NCBI GenBank assembly: GCA_045837725.1
Contig: JBEWZL010000145.1
Location: 434,001-498,000, forward strand
From: Vermamoeba vermiformis
Lineage: Eukaryota
Direction: 5' to 3'
DNA: 64,000 bases
Shown here: positions 1 to 13,202 of the stretch, in pieces
How the letters are laid out: each line of letters opens with the position of its first letter
Position numbering within the stretch: position 1 is the first letter of the stretch
The notes under the pieces: model-generated
What the model saw: the letters and a program-made list of their open reading frames with translations, nothing else
What the model was told of the DNA's origin: nothing
Database searches by the model: none
Program-made: the position numbers and the translations under genes

Positions 1-993
1 ATTGTTTAGCAGTGCTACACTCTTACACTGATGGTTGATATTCTCTATACGAAGTGTGTTACTGAGCTTTGGTTCTTGGTGGACATTCGTCGGATCGAAC
101 GTTCCGTATTCAGTTTGGTATGCGTCCTGGTCCCACAGCGTTTCACGCTATAGAAGTTAATAACAAATAATCATGTATCATAAGCGGGACACTTACTTCC
201 AAAGCATAATTGTTGAAGAGCTCTAAATTCTCATCGTTGTAATTCTAAAGAAGATCAGTTACTTCGTGAAAAAACTGGTAGTCTTATATTATTACCGCTA
301 CTATAGTACGTGTTTCGAGGTCCCACAGCTCTGTTGCAAGATGATCATGTGTCGAATATGAGTACCTGACAAAAAAACGACACTTGCGTTGGAGACAATA
401 TTTTCGACTTAAAATATCGTCTCATACCCTTGTGATTCCATCACCTCCCATACCAATAGGCAGTGCTTGCCGCTGACTGTTTGATGGCGTAAGATGATCT
501 CAGCACGTGGATTTGATGCCGGACAACGAACGCCTAAAGTGTGCTGCACGCATCTGACAAAAACCGGTAAGCCAAACCAAATTGTTTGAGTAATTACCTT
601 TTTTTAATCATATTTCTCTTCACTTGGAAGTGTCTTTGAACGATTTGACGCCAAGAAACATCTTTTTGTGAGTAGGAGAACGGATGCGGAAATGAATCGT
701 TGAAAATTGCTTCCTAACGAATAATAATTAATTAAGGATACAAAATGAATATTTAACGGATTATTTTTCCAGACTGTAGTTCCTGACGTGTTAGTTGAAT
801 TTTCGAATTAATTAAATCAAATTAGCTTATTTACGACTATTATTATTGGTTGCTACCGTACTTTCCAAATACTGTCATAATTTGCAAGATTGTTCCACGT
901 TGAATTGACACAAACAGCACTGGTCAGCTCTTTGCAACTTAAAAACGAGAAGATCGTTGTCAATAGCTCTCTTGGAAGCCCTGTCCAATCCAT
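1..993 (-). CDS. F-box protein, tandem copy 1 (multi-exon, 3' end runs off the window)
   Basis: ATG at 993 gives MDWTGLPRELLTTIFSFLSCKELTSAVCVNSTWNNLANYDSIWK, then a GTACGG donor. Downstream exons are homologous to copies 2-4. Confidence 0.8.
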
Positions 994-1158
994 TTGAGCT
1001 CAAAATAATAATTGAACTGTTGCTATCACGACGGACGCCGAGATAAACAACAATTGATTTTTTTGTCACTCTGGCATAGTCCCGTTTGAAACCTTTGCTG
1101 AAATTTATTAGAAGTCAATACAAATACAATTATTAGTAAGTGGTTGGACATTAAGACA

Positions 1159-3687
1159 TTATTTGAGTCCTAATTTAGTCTTGAAGAATGCCCAATGATC
1201 GAGCGGTGCTGCTCGTTGCCACGCACCATTCACTTTGGTTTCGTAAATGACCCAACACGGTCCATACGCTGTCGGCTGTGTTCCGTTAGGAGTGGAGATG
1301 GCACCTTCTTCTCGGTCCCTATCAAAGTACACGAGCTGAAATATGGCAGATTTGTGGTACTCAACTTTGTCTTTGTCGCGCCAACCGCGTGCGTTGTCCA
1401 CGTACTTGTTGGATGCGCAATTTTTCTCTTCTGTCATGTTGCCATAAGAGAATGCAATGCAATATCTACTACACATATTAGTATGACGCCATTATATCTC
1501 TATTTGGATGAAATTCGCACCTTGTACTCTGATCTTCAAACACGATCTGCGAAGTGACGAACGATGTTGGGCTGCATTCGGCGATCTTCTTATTTAAGTC
1601 ACCTTGTTGTATGTTCAAGATCTAATAGCTCGAGTTAATATTATACCTTCAATAAATGATTCGAATGGTAAGCACGTATACCTTGTTCTTGCCATTTGGC
1701 TCAATCTGCAAGACTTGAATAGGCAACTCAACGTCTGCATTCATAAAGCTTAATGTATGCACAAATGAACTAGTCGACATAGAGAATACACCATTAGGCA
1801 GCTATAAAGCGTTAGAATAATTTGTGACAACAGATGCGGCCATAACTTTCGTGAATGATATTATAAACAATCGATATTGCATAATATAATATCGTTGTAG
1901 GCTTATTCTAATGTTTTTGTAGCTTACTTGAGTGATAGTGGGTTTGCTCCAGCCTGGGAACGAAATCCATTTTAAGACTTTACTTTTAGTCGCTGAAGTA
2001 ATTTCGATTAAGGCCACTTGCGATATGGTATAGAGCCATATTATTCCGTCGAAAATGAACATATCACTAGCGTTCTAAAAATTTCCGGTCAGGGATCGGT
2101 TCGTTAAACTAGTTTCTGGCCAATAACTTACTCTGATATCCCCCTTAAGATCATATTTTTGTTTTGTTCTGGTAGTCAAATTGAATTTAAAGAGGCATCT
2201 TTTCTTTGGGCTCGCCATCCACAACTAAAATTGAGCATTAAATTATTGTTACATTTAACCGAATAGAGGACTTACGTCGTTACCTGCGAGTGCTGTGCAT
2301 GCTATTTGTGACTCTTTGATCGATATTTCTTTGTTTTGAAGCACATCAATAACGAGAATGCGCGCTTCCTAAATCCACGAGTCAGATCTCGAAATCAAAG
2401 ACCTGAGAAAGACATGAACGTACATCGCGGAGTTTGATAACTAATTTGCTGTCATAGAATCCGTTGATACTCAAGTGCGTCTTATCGTCGAAGGTTTTTT
2501 CGAATATTTTCGATCCAGTACGCAGATCGTGAACCTGAATGAATGTCCTCCTAAACATCGTTAAATACGCTATGCAATAATAATTTGGTATATACTCACT
2601 TTAAATCCCAATTACTCCATGTTAAAGCAATGAGCGAGCTATGTTTATTTCCGTTCTGAATCCGAGACACCACTACGTAATGATGTTAATAAAAGCAAGG
2701 AGAAAGTAATCAGCAGCTTACTCCCATGGTAGAGGTTTGTAACGGTTATTTTGTTGCTGAGATTCGGTTCGTCGTGTAGCTTTGTCGGATCGAACTTAAC
2801 GTAGGCTATATCATCCGAGTCGTTGTCGTAATCATGATAGTCCTACAAGAATTATTACCAATTATAAATATTAAACTATACTTTATGTCCTGCTTACTTG
2901 TGCCACCAAATAGTCGTTCATCAGCTCCAAGCGTTGTGCCGAATAATTCTAAATTATATGAATTACAATACTTGCGATAATAACTTCTGTATTATTACCG
3001 CTATAATGGTACGCGTTTCGAGGTCCCAAAGCTCCGTGGCAAGATAATCATGTGTCGAGTATGAGTACCTGAGGAAAAAACGACATCGGGTCAGCTATGT
3101 TTTCGACCTTAATAATATCGTCTCGTACCCTTGTGATTCCATCGCCTCCCATATCAATAGGCAGTACTTGCCGCTGACTGTTTGATGGCGTAAGATGATT
3201 TCGGCACGTGGAGTTGATGCCGGACAACGAACACCTAAAGCGTGCTGAACGCAGCTAACAAAAAATGTTAGCACCTAGCAAATTGTTTGCTTAATTACCG
3301 TTTTTTAATCATATTTTTCTTCACTTGGAAGTGTCTTTGAACGATTTGACGCCATGGAACATCTTTTTGGGAGTAGGAGAACGGATGTGGAAATGACTCG
3401 TTGAAAATTGCTTCCTGAGTGATTAATAATTATTAAAAATTACTCAATAATTAAGTGATATAACATCTTCGTTAGGAAGAGGAATGTAATAATTTCTACG
3501 CAAAAATTAAGTTTTAAAAACTTTAAATTAAAAGGATCCGTCTACCCTAACGTACTTTCCAAATAGCATCATATTTAGCGAGGGAGCTCCACGTTGAATT
3601 TACACAAACAGCGCTCGTAAGCTCTTTGCAACTCAAAAACGAGAAGATCGTTGCGAGTAGCTCGTTTGGAAGCTTTGCCCAGTCCAT
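1159..3687 (-). CDS. F-box protein, tandem copy 2 (multi-exon; putative beta-propeller-like middle; C-terminal CWVIYE...W domain)
   Basis: Exon 1 is MDWAKLPNELLATIFSFLSCKELTSAVCVNSTWSSLAKYDAIWK. The last exon lies in ORF 1159..1476, ending AAPLDHWAFFKTKLGLK*. Exon order is shared with the paralogs. Confidence 0.8.
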
Positions 3688-3983
3688 AACGATCGTTAAT
3701 ATAAAACAATTACAGTGCTGATATTGTACTCGTGGTCCTTGATAAATACAGCGCGATGAAAATTGGCCGTTTCCGAAACCGTGGGAGATTTCGTGAGATA
3801 TTTTAGGGGCGCCGCACTAAATGAAAATTTTATCTGTCTAATTGTTGTACAACACCGTTTGTATTTGTAGCCGTATTTTGTGGTTTGAAGGTTCAGGCCG
3901 TAATGGCACGTGATAGTTGAGTCCTGTCCCACTACGAGACTTAGCTCTTCCTCTTTGGTCTAATTACTTGATTGGCGACCAAC

Positions 3984-4935
3984 ATGACAGATCAGATTGT
4001 TCGTTTAAATATAGGTGGTTATAAGTACCAAACCACGCGAACAACACTGGCATCCAACGGAGAAAACTTTTTCACCAAGCTCTTGGAAGGCAAAATTGGA
4101 AGCGTGAAGGATGAACAGGGCAACTACTTTATTGATAGAGACGGACAATATTTCCAGCCCATTCTATCTTTCCTGCGAACAGGGTTGCTTACCTTGCCTG
4201 AAGGAATGCCGATCGATTTAGTTGATCTCGAAGCGGATTTCTATTTAATCGACATCCATCCGCAAACCAAGTTGCCCAAATCTGTTCCACTAAGTCATAA
4301 TACTAGTCTTTATTTTAATGGCATTTATTGGTACTCAAAGAAAACTACTTCGGCCGCTTTGCTGAAGCCAGATTCAACAATCCAATTTTATGGGTTGTTC
4401 GACAGTCAACGCACGGAGTACAAACTCGTTAACGAGACAACGCTTGAAGTTGAAGTTTCTAATCGAAACTTAAATGACACTGTTAAATATTGGCTCGTCA
4501 CACTTGTTAGTGGAGAATCTATTGCTTGCAACTCTGGTTTTGGGCGTTGGACAACAATGAACTTTCTCCCGTCTCTTCCACCTATCACCGGCTTCTTTTA
4601 TAGCGGATCAACAGGTTTCGGAGTAAGTATTTCTGTAACCTATCGCTTGCGTTGGAGCTAACATCAAGTCTTAGAGCCTGAAGTTTTCATTCACGAACGA
4701 AGATACTATAATTATCAAGCATTATTCCGCCCCCAAAACAGGATTTCCGCCTGTAGAACCTGCGAAAAAAATTACAGCAGGTGGAGTAATCAAGTATTTA
4801 TTCACATTAGACCAGCAATTTAAAGAATGTGAAGGATCGTACGCAATTTACTCCTTTGGCGTATTGTTGTTAGTCAAAAATCAAGCAAAATCTGCCCTCA
4901 CAAAGCAGTTTTATACGGTGAACGATGAAAAATAA
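3984..4935 (+). CDS. BTB/POZ (KCTD/T1-type) domain protein, 2 exons
   Basis: MTDQIVRLNIGGYKYQTTRTTL...YFIDRDGQYFQPILSFLRTG...EADFY is a KCTD-type BTB domain. GTAAGT donor at ~4624, acceptor at ~4674, and the second exon is open to TAA at 4933-4935. Confidence 0.88.
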
Positions 4936-4993
4936 ACTTTTGATTTGATTTGGACTGTCGTTTAATATCGTTTGATAGGACTCATTTAAGACA

Positions 4994-7558
4994 TTATTTG
5001 ATTCCTAATTTAGTTTTGAAGAAGGTCCAATGATCGAGTGGTGCAGCTCGTTGCCACGCACCATTCACTTTGGTTTCATAAATGACCCAACACGGTCCGA
5101 AGGCCTTGCTATCAGTAGAATTGTCTCGAAGACGACTAGGAGTAGTGTCAAATTGCACCAATTGGAATATGGCTGCTTTGTGGTACTCGGATGTGGTGCG
5201 CCATTTCTTCGCTCTGTCGACAAAGTCATTGCTTGGGTTGCCCTTGTTCAAATACGAGTAGATTATGCAGTATCTGCATCGTATAGTGATTAATTAACGA
5301 AGTACTACAGTTTGAGAGTCAAATTAAAGAAATTTCCGTACCTCGTACTCTGATCTTCAAACACGATCTGCGACGAGACTGATGTTGGGCTGCATTCGGC
5401 AATCTTCTTATTTAAGTCACCTTGTTGTATGTGCCATATCTAATAGGACCACTTAATTAGACCCGAGCACCTAATTGTTTTTATTTGTGCGTACCTCGCT
5501 CTTGCCGTTCGGCTCGATCTGCAAGACTTGAATAGGCAACTCAATCTCTTCATCCATGAAGCTTAATATATGCGCAAATGAACTCGACAAGCACGAGAAT
5601 GCACCATTAGGCAACTAGAATAATAAGTTAGTTCAGAGTTTAAGAAAAAGTTGGGCGATCTCGATCTGCCGAAAGTTATTACGATAGATTTGGTGACGAT
5701 TAAATAATAATACTAATAATAATAACGATGTTGTTAAGTTCGTTGGCTTACTTGACGAATATCAGGCATGCCCCATCCAGGTAACTCGATCTTAGTCAAG
5801 ACTCTACATTTTGCGAACGAAACGTCAATGAAGAATAGTTGTACTCCTCGAACAAAGAGCCATATTAATCCGTCGTATATTCTCATGTCTAGAGCATTCT
5901 AAGAAATTTGAATTAGTTTTTCATCTCATACAATCATTTCTAGCAATAGACTTACACTAATATCCACAGTAACTTCATATTCTTGTCGCTTCATAGTTGT
6001 GAGGTGATATTTCACCAAGCATTTCCTCTTTGAACACACGATCCACAACTGTTGCAGTTCGATAAACTTTTTGTCTTAAATTAGTCGATTAAACTTACGT
6101 CATTGCCTGCTAACGTTGCACATGATGCCTGAGGCTCTTTTATAACCGTTTCTTTGTCTTTTAGGACATCCAGAATGATTAACTCGTATTGGCTGTCCTG
6201 CACAAATAATTGGTCAGAAAGATCCGATGCACGTTATGCCAGGTATTTTATCTTAGGTACCTCGCCACTACAAATAAGTAGCTTGTCTCCATAAAATTGG
6301 TAGTTCTTGAAGTGATTTGCTTCCGAACAAATTTTTTCGAAGATTTTACTGCCAGTACGCAGATCGTAAACGTTAATGAATTCCTGCCTAAAATACTCGC
6401 AAATTAATAACGTTAGGCTATACAAATTGCTAATGGGCTTACGCAGTACTCCAATTGCTCCAATGTAGCACAATAAGCGAGCTGTTTTTATCCTCGTTTC
6501 GGACGGTCTTCACAACTTCAATAACGCGATTAGATATTATTAATTTCGTAATAATACCTCCTACTTACATGCGTAATTAAGGTTAGGAACTGTAATAGTA
6601 TTAAAGAGAATTTGTTGAGTTGGATCGAACTTGCTGTAAAGCAATTCGAAAGGATCATCAAAGGACCTTATTCCTGACTGGAAGGCCTTCAAAATAATTA
6701 ACAAAATAAATATAAATGCGATTAGTCCTCACTTCGCGAAGCAGATACTCGTTGCAAAGTTCAAGCGCTGCGGATTCATAGTTCTTAAAAATACTTTTAG
6801 TAGCAGTTCTAACAATGCATTAATGATCGCATACCTGAATAATAGTGCGCGTTTCAAGGTCCCACAACTCCGTTGCGAGGTGTTCGTGGTGCTCAACATG
6901 CTCGTACTCGTGTTCGTATTCATAACTACTCAATATGTGGGTCCAGGACCAAGTTTTCGCTTCTAAAATAAGCGTCTTACCTAAGTGACTCTAGTGTCTC
7001 CCAGTCCAAAATGCAGTACTTGTCATTGGCTGTATGATGGCTTAATACAATTTCAGTGTGTGGCTTTGATGTCGGACAACGAACGCCTAAAGTGTGCTGA
7101 ACGCAGCTGGTGAAAATTAACGAGGTTACCCAGAGATTTGAATATTAATTTCCTATTCTTTACCGTCTATTATCAATATTTCTCTTCACTTGGAAATGTC
7201 TTTGAACGATTTGACGCCATGGAACATCTTTTTGGGAGTAGGAGAACGGATGTGGAAATGACTCGTTGAAAATTGCTTCCTGAGTGATAAATACTTATTA
7301 AAAATACTCAATAATTATAATAATTCTTATTTCTAATTTATGTAAAATAATTAATTAATTAAATATTAACAAGCATTTGGGTGCGGATCGACGAGTATTA
7401 GTTCAAATCAATATTGTCCAACTCACCTTCCAAATACTGTCATAATTTGCAAGATTGTTCCACGTTGAATTTACACAAACAGCACTCGTCAGCGTTTTAC
7501 AATTCAAAAACGCGAAGATCTTTGCCAATAGCTCTCTTGGAAGGGTTGCCCAGTCCAT
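4994..7558 (-). CDS. F-box protein, tandem copy 3 (multi-exon)
   Basis: Exon 1 is MDWATLPRELLAKIFAFLNCKTLTSAVCVNSTWNNLANYDSIWK. The last exon is in ORF 4994..5251, whose C-terminus is near-identical to copy 2. Confidence 0.8.
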
Positions 7559-7691
7559 AACGAGCGTTATTATAATCAATTACAACTTCAATAGATCGTT
7601 AAGACGTGAAGTGTCAAACAAGGTCCTGTTTGATTCTGATCTCGATTTAATTTTTAATGGCCTCTTTTTTATTTGGCTCTATAATCTCCAT

Positions 7692-10213
7692 CTAGTCTAG
7701 TCCTAATCTCGCTTTAATTGCTTTCCAATCATCACTCGGACTCGTACTTTTCCACCCGCCTCCAACTTTCTTTTCATAAAGAATCCAACATTTACCGTAC
7801 GCAATTAGTTCCGGGCTCGGTTCAAAAGGGTAATGCACGCAATCCTTTGGGTAATCAAAGTGCGCGAGTTGAAATACTGCTGTTTTGTGGTGATACGCTT
7901 CCGGTTGATTTTTGTACTTGGTTTTCTTCAGCTTGTAAGCGATTGTGTTGAACTCATTGTTGATCGAATATCCATAGACTAATATAAGCCTAATCATAAA
8001 GCTATTATAACTTGACGGGGCATAGTCAGATCTACCTGTTAGATTTGTCTTCGTACACGATCTCCGAAGTAACGTCATCGGAGAAGTGCTCTGCGATAGT
8101 TTTATTCAAATCGCCTTGTTTAATAGACAAAATCTAATAATAGATTAGAATTGGGCTGCTATTAATGAATTAATATTCTCACCTTGCTTTCGTATCGAGG
8201 CAGACTGGGCTCGATCTGCAAGACTGAGATTGGTAACTCGACGTCTTCATCTCTAAAGCTTATTATATGTGCATATGATTCATTCGTGAGTGTTAGCACT
8301 CCATTGGGCAACTACAAAAAGCAATCAGTCGTTTCCGTTTCGATAAAGATCTGATCTTGTGCTGTAGCGTACACAAAGCGTTATAATAAGACAAATCTAT
8401 TATTGTTACGCATTTCATCGCTAAATACATTTCTTGCTTACTTGAGTAATTTCAGGAGCTTCTGGATCCCGTAACGAGATCCAAGTCAGGACTTGGCACT
8501 TTGTGGCCGAAACACCGATGAGGAACATTTTAGGATACGAATAGAGCCATATTATTCCGTCAAAAATCTTCATCTTGTACGTGCTCTGATTATTTATTAA
8601 TAAGTAAAGACGGTCGACGAAATAGTCCTAAGATAGCCTTACCTTTATCTCGCTACATTCATATTCTTGTCGTTTCATCGACACGAGATTATATTTTATT
8701 AAACATTTCCTTTTAGCACTTGCGATCCACAACTAAAAAAGCGGATTTGTTAGAATTAAAAACTTTAACCAAATCCTGCTTACTTCGTCTCCTGCCAACG
8801 TAACGCAAGATATTTGTGACTCTATTAAGGATATTTCTTTGTCTTGAAGCACATCGAGTACAATCACGTTGCCGGCCTATGTTTTTAAGATCAGATGCTG
8901 AATAAATTTCGAAAAGAGAGCGGTTAGTAGGGCTTAGCTTACATAAAGGTCGTGCATGACTAACTTGTCGCCGTGAAGCTCATCAATAGCCATATAATGG
9001 TCGCTATCATACTCGTAGCTCTTTTCGAGGATTTTCGTTCCAGTACGCAGATCCATAACTGTAACGAATTTTTGTCTGTAATGGCATTAATTCATATAAC
9101 ATGGTTAGCGATATGGCGTTCATTACTTTATTGGCTCTTTAGTGTGCCCAGTCAAAGCAATAAGCGAGCTTGAATTATCTTCATTTCGAATTAACGCTAA
9201 TTAAAAGGCAAGTAAGGAACTACTAATCCCAAACATTACTATACTATATAACTTACTTTCGTATGTGACATTTTGAAGCGGTATTTTATTCTTGAGATCT
9301 AATTTTGCTTTCGACGGATCGAGCTTCGCGTAATAGGCTTCATATTCATTATTCTAAATTAAAATTCTTAATTAATTACTAAAATATAACTTACTTACTA
9401 TCTCTATTATATAATCGCCAAACAGCTTTAAAGTAACCATTTCGAACGGATAATTCTGTCCAATATTTGTTAGGGCTCCATCGCATGGTTAAGACAATAA
9501 TAGCACGTCATACTTGTACAATAGTACGTGTTTCAAGATTCCACAGTTCCGTTGCAAGATACTTGCGCGTTGAGGGGCTGAAGAAAAATGACACGTGTAA
9601 AGGACTGATTTAGCAACATTTGTCCAGTCTTACGTTTGTGATCTATCCGCGATCTCCCATACGATCAAACAGTACTTGCCACCCACTGATTGCCACCGCA
9701 GTCTGATGTCACCTCGAGGATTAGAAGTTGGACACTCAACGCCCAAAGTATACTGCACACAACTGAAAAAATTTAGTCACTGACCGCCGCTTTAATTTTA
9801 TGAACGTTGTCTTTACCGTCTTTTGATAATATTTCGCTTCGATTTAAAGTGCCTTTGTACGATTTGGCGCCAAGGAACGTCTTGTTGAGAGTACGAATAG
9901 CCACACGGAAATGACTCGTTGAATATTGCTTCCTTTAGCGTCAAATATTTTTAAATAATGTGCTATTAATTATCCTACCCACGTGACCCGAAAATTAGGT
10001 TATAGATTAAACTAACGACGTTATTAAATTTGGTAAAATTACCAAAATCTTCAAATTAATTATCACTGAATATTAACGTACTTTCCAGATGTCATCATTA
10101 TTATTAAGACTATTCCACGTTGAATTTGTTGAAACTGCGCTTGTCAGATCTACGCAATTCAAGAACGAGAAGATTCTCTTTAACAGAGCAATTGGCAAGG
10201 TCGTCCAGTCCAT
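7692..10213 (-). CDS. F-box protein, tandem copy 4 (multi-exon, most divergent)
   Basis: MDWTTLPIALLKRIFSFLNCVDLTSAVSTNSTWNSLNNNDDIWK lies in ORF 10073..10291. The last exon is in ORF 7692..8078 (HKTAVFQL...GKCWILYEKKVGGGW). Confidence 0.8.
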
Positions 10214-10540
10214 TCTGCACGTATCAATACGTACAAATGTAATATTTCTCGCTCGCTTATGGTGCTCGGACTCACGAATTTGAGCTAACAACGTTTAAAG
10301 TTCTAATGTTATTTTATAATCGGTGTCGATCTATAATCGCTCGATTTTCGAAGTAGAATATATTGTCTGACGCATGCTGATCCTTATGTAAGTCGCTGTG
10401 GTAATGTGCCGACCGGAATGGCAAGGGTGGATGGATCTCCCGCAAGACTACTATTTTAAAGATGTTGCCAGCAGCACTGAGTCTTATTTTCATACAGTGT
10501 AGCTTTATAGCCATATTATACGTAATAATAAACAAGAGAT

Positions 10541-12036
10541 TTATTTAGGTTTAAGTTTGATCGTCAATTTTTTGGTCTTAGTTTTGTTGTCAGCCACGTG
10601 CTTGACAGAAGTGCCGAAGCTCTGATTGTTGATCTTACTGTCACCCTTGTCGGCCTCAACGCCTAACGATTGTGCGTGCGCTAAATAAACATAATATTAG
10701 ATCAGAAACATCGTGCAAAGATAGTATCATGCATCAAAAATGACACGTGTCATTCCACGTGTAAAAATGTCATAGTACGCAGAATCGATCTAAGGAGACG
10801 CTAATGTGAATTATAGTAGCAAATTAAACTAAAATATGATTTTGAGGCAGATGTAGATCCGTAGTCTAAAAATCAAAATAATAATATAACTTCTTCTATA
10901 TAGGCGTACCTGTCAATAGATCGCGTATCTCTTGCAGATTTGTCATTTGCACGGCGCTTTCATAGCGATCATTCTTGTCGTACACATTGATCTCAGGGTG
11001 AAACTTCAACAACAGCTGGACCATCTCTAACGAGTCACAACTTGCAGCCCAGTGCAATGGTGTCTCGTTGCCTTGTGTTTTTAAAATCGCTGCATTGCGT
11101 TCTAATAATAGCTCGGCAACTTTTAATAAATTCCTGCAAAGTTACGCTCAGTCAAAACGACCTTAAAAAAATTAACTCTTTGAAACTTACTTTGAACAGG
11201 TCCAATGTAACGCCGTTCGACCCATTAAGTCCTATTATTAAATTTATTAACAAAGTCGATTAATATTAAGGTTATTTGACTGTACCTGAAGATTGACATT
11301 GGCTCCTGCATTAATTAACATAATTGCAATTTCTTCGAATTGATTTTCACAAGCACGATGCAGTGCCGTTTGTTTATGACCGTCCTATATTATATTATTA
11401 ATAAATAATTCGTCGTGGATTCAGATCGTGCGTCCAAAAAATTAGCTACATCAATAGAAACAAACAATTATACCTGTAAGTCTAAGTCTGCCTTCGCGTC
11501 AATTAATTGTTGTAAAATTTCCTTGTTATTTGTACGTGCTGCAATGTACACGGCTGAAAATCCTTCTCGCGTGACCTCGTTCAGATCTAAGTAAGTCTGT
11601 CAGAGCCGCCTCTAATTCGCTAGTACTCATTTAAATTTAATTTTGGCAAATAATGTCCATGATCATTTGCTAAAGGGCGGCGCCAGACTTCAGAGTTCAT
11701 TTTTAATTATTTTTATAAAATAATATTAGCAATAATTTTAAGCAGTAGAAATAATACAAAGCTTGTAGTAAGCTATTTTGCTTTTAAAAAAATTGCGTAC
11801 AGTACGGAGCGGATCCAGACAAAAAATAAATTGGACTTACTTGCATTAGCCACGATTAAATCTGCGATTAACTTCGTATTTCCATAGTGAGCAGCCCAAT
11901 GCAAAGCATTCCATAGATCTTCATTCGTTTCTTTAATCAAATCTGCTTTTGCTTGCGCGGATGCCGTCGAAAATAACTCTAGCGCGTCTATTTGACCATT
12001 TTTCTGCGAAACTGCTTTGTAAAATAATGAAGCCAT
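10541..12036 (-). CDS. Ankyrin-repeat protein (~6 exons)
   Basis: Repeats WNALHWAAHYGNTKLI, GFSAVYIAARTNNKEIL, HKQTALHRACENQFEEIA and GNETPLHWAASCDSLEMVQLLL joined by GT-AG introns. The last exon ends KKLTIKLKPK*. Confidence 0.85.
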
Positions 12037-13202
12037 GGTATTCTTATTCCAAAGTGTCAAGATAATACAATTTGTTTTCGCCCTCAAAATTAAAGCAACA
12101 TGTGCCTTGACCGGGCTCCAATATTGCCTGTTAGTGTGCACGGAGAACAACAGCTCCGTTAACAAATTATCATTGCTTTGGTGAGTTCTGTAGACACGAG
12201 GCGATGGCACGGAAATCGGTTTGAAACGCGAGGTTTGTGCACTTCTTATTGCAAGTATAAAATATCCGTTATTATTATATTATAAATAATTAGCACCTCA
12301 TAATGACCAGGTGCATATTTTGGGTGAATAAATTACTGTTGATTTTTATTATTCGGATTTGGTTAAATTTTAAGTATTAAGATCAAATATTAAGATATAT
12401 ATATCTATTAGCATTAAGATACTAAATAATATATTCGAATTATACAACTAATTTCATTTGTTTGATGCAGGCAAATTTCCTGACACGATCCTAATCGAGC
12501 CAACGCCTGTAATAACCTCTATCGCCCCATTAACACTATAGCGCGATGTAATATTGCAACCAATATCAAATACAAGTCATACAGGTCGTAACGGTAAGTC
12601 TAAACGTCAAACCGATCGGGATCAAAAGTCTTACGTTTTTGAAGCCGGTTGGCGACCAATTCTGGACCCAGCCAACACCCCAGTACAATTATATTGTTAA
12701 TATATCGTTTTAGGGTTGAGGAACGGTGCAAAATAGTTTCAAGACGGATCGAGATCTGGTCTCGCAGTTTAACTCTTAGGAATACGAAACTCCAAAAGTT
12801 ATAGTGTAAATCATTATGTACGCATATGATCATCCCTACATTTAATATTCATTTTAATACTAAAAACCAGGGTCATGACTAAACGAGACAGCTCGCGCGA
12901 TCGGCGCTTTGGCGCTGTATCCGTTCCGCGATCCAAGTTGTTGTAGGTAAGCTGATGCTCATTTTTAACGCTATATCGAAATTAATGCTTAGTTTAATCA
13001 AAAAAGCCACAGTGGGCTCATTTGGATTCGCTCAATTACGCATTGAGTGTCCGAACGATGTGATCAGTGCCAGCGAACATCTCAGTGACAACGGCACACA
13101 GTAGAAGTTCTTTGGACTCGTACATTAAAAGACAATTCTTTATTTCATGCAATGGTTTACGCTAGATAAGTCTAAACTAAACGTTGAACTGAGACGACAA
13201 CA

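Noticed and set aside
13021-13055. Bulged hairpin TTTGGA-TT-CGCTCAAT-TACGC-ATTGAGTG-TCCGAA in intergenic DNA
   Set aside because: Short, single copy, and with no tRNA, snRNA, snoRNA or SECIS hallmarks; compatible with chance.
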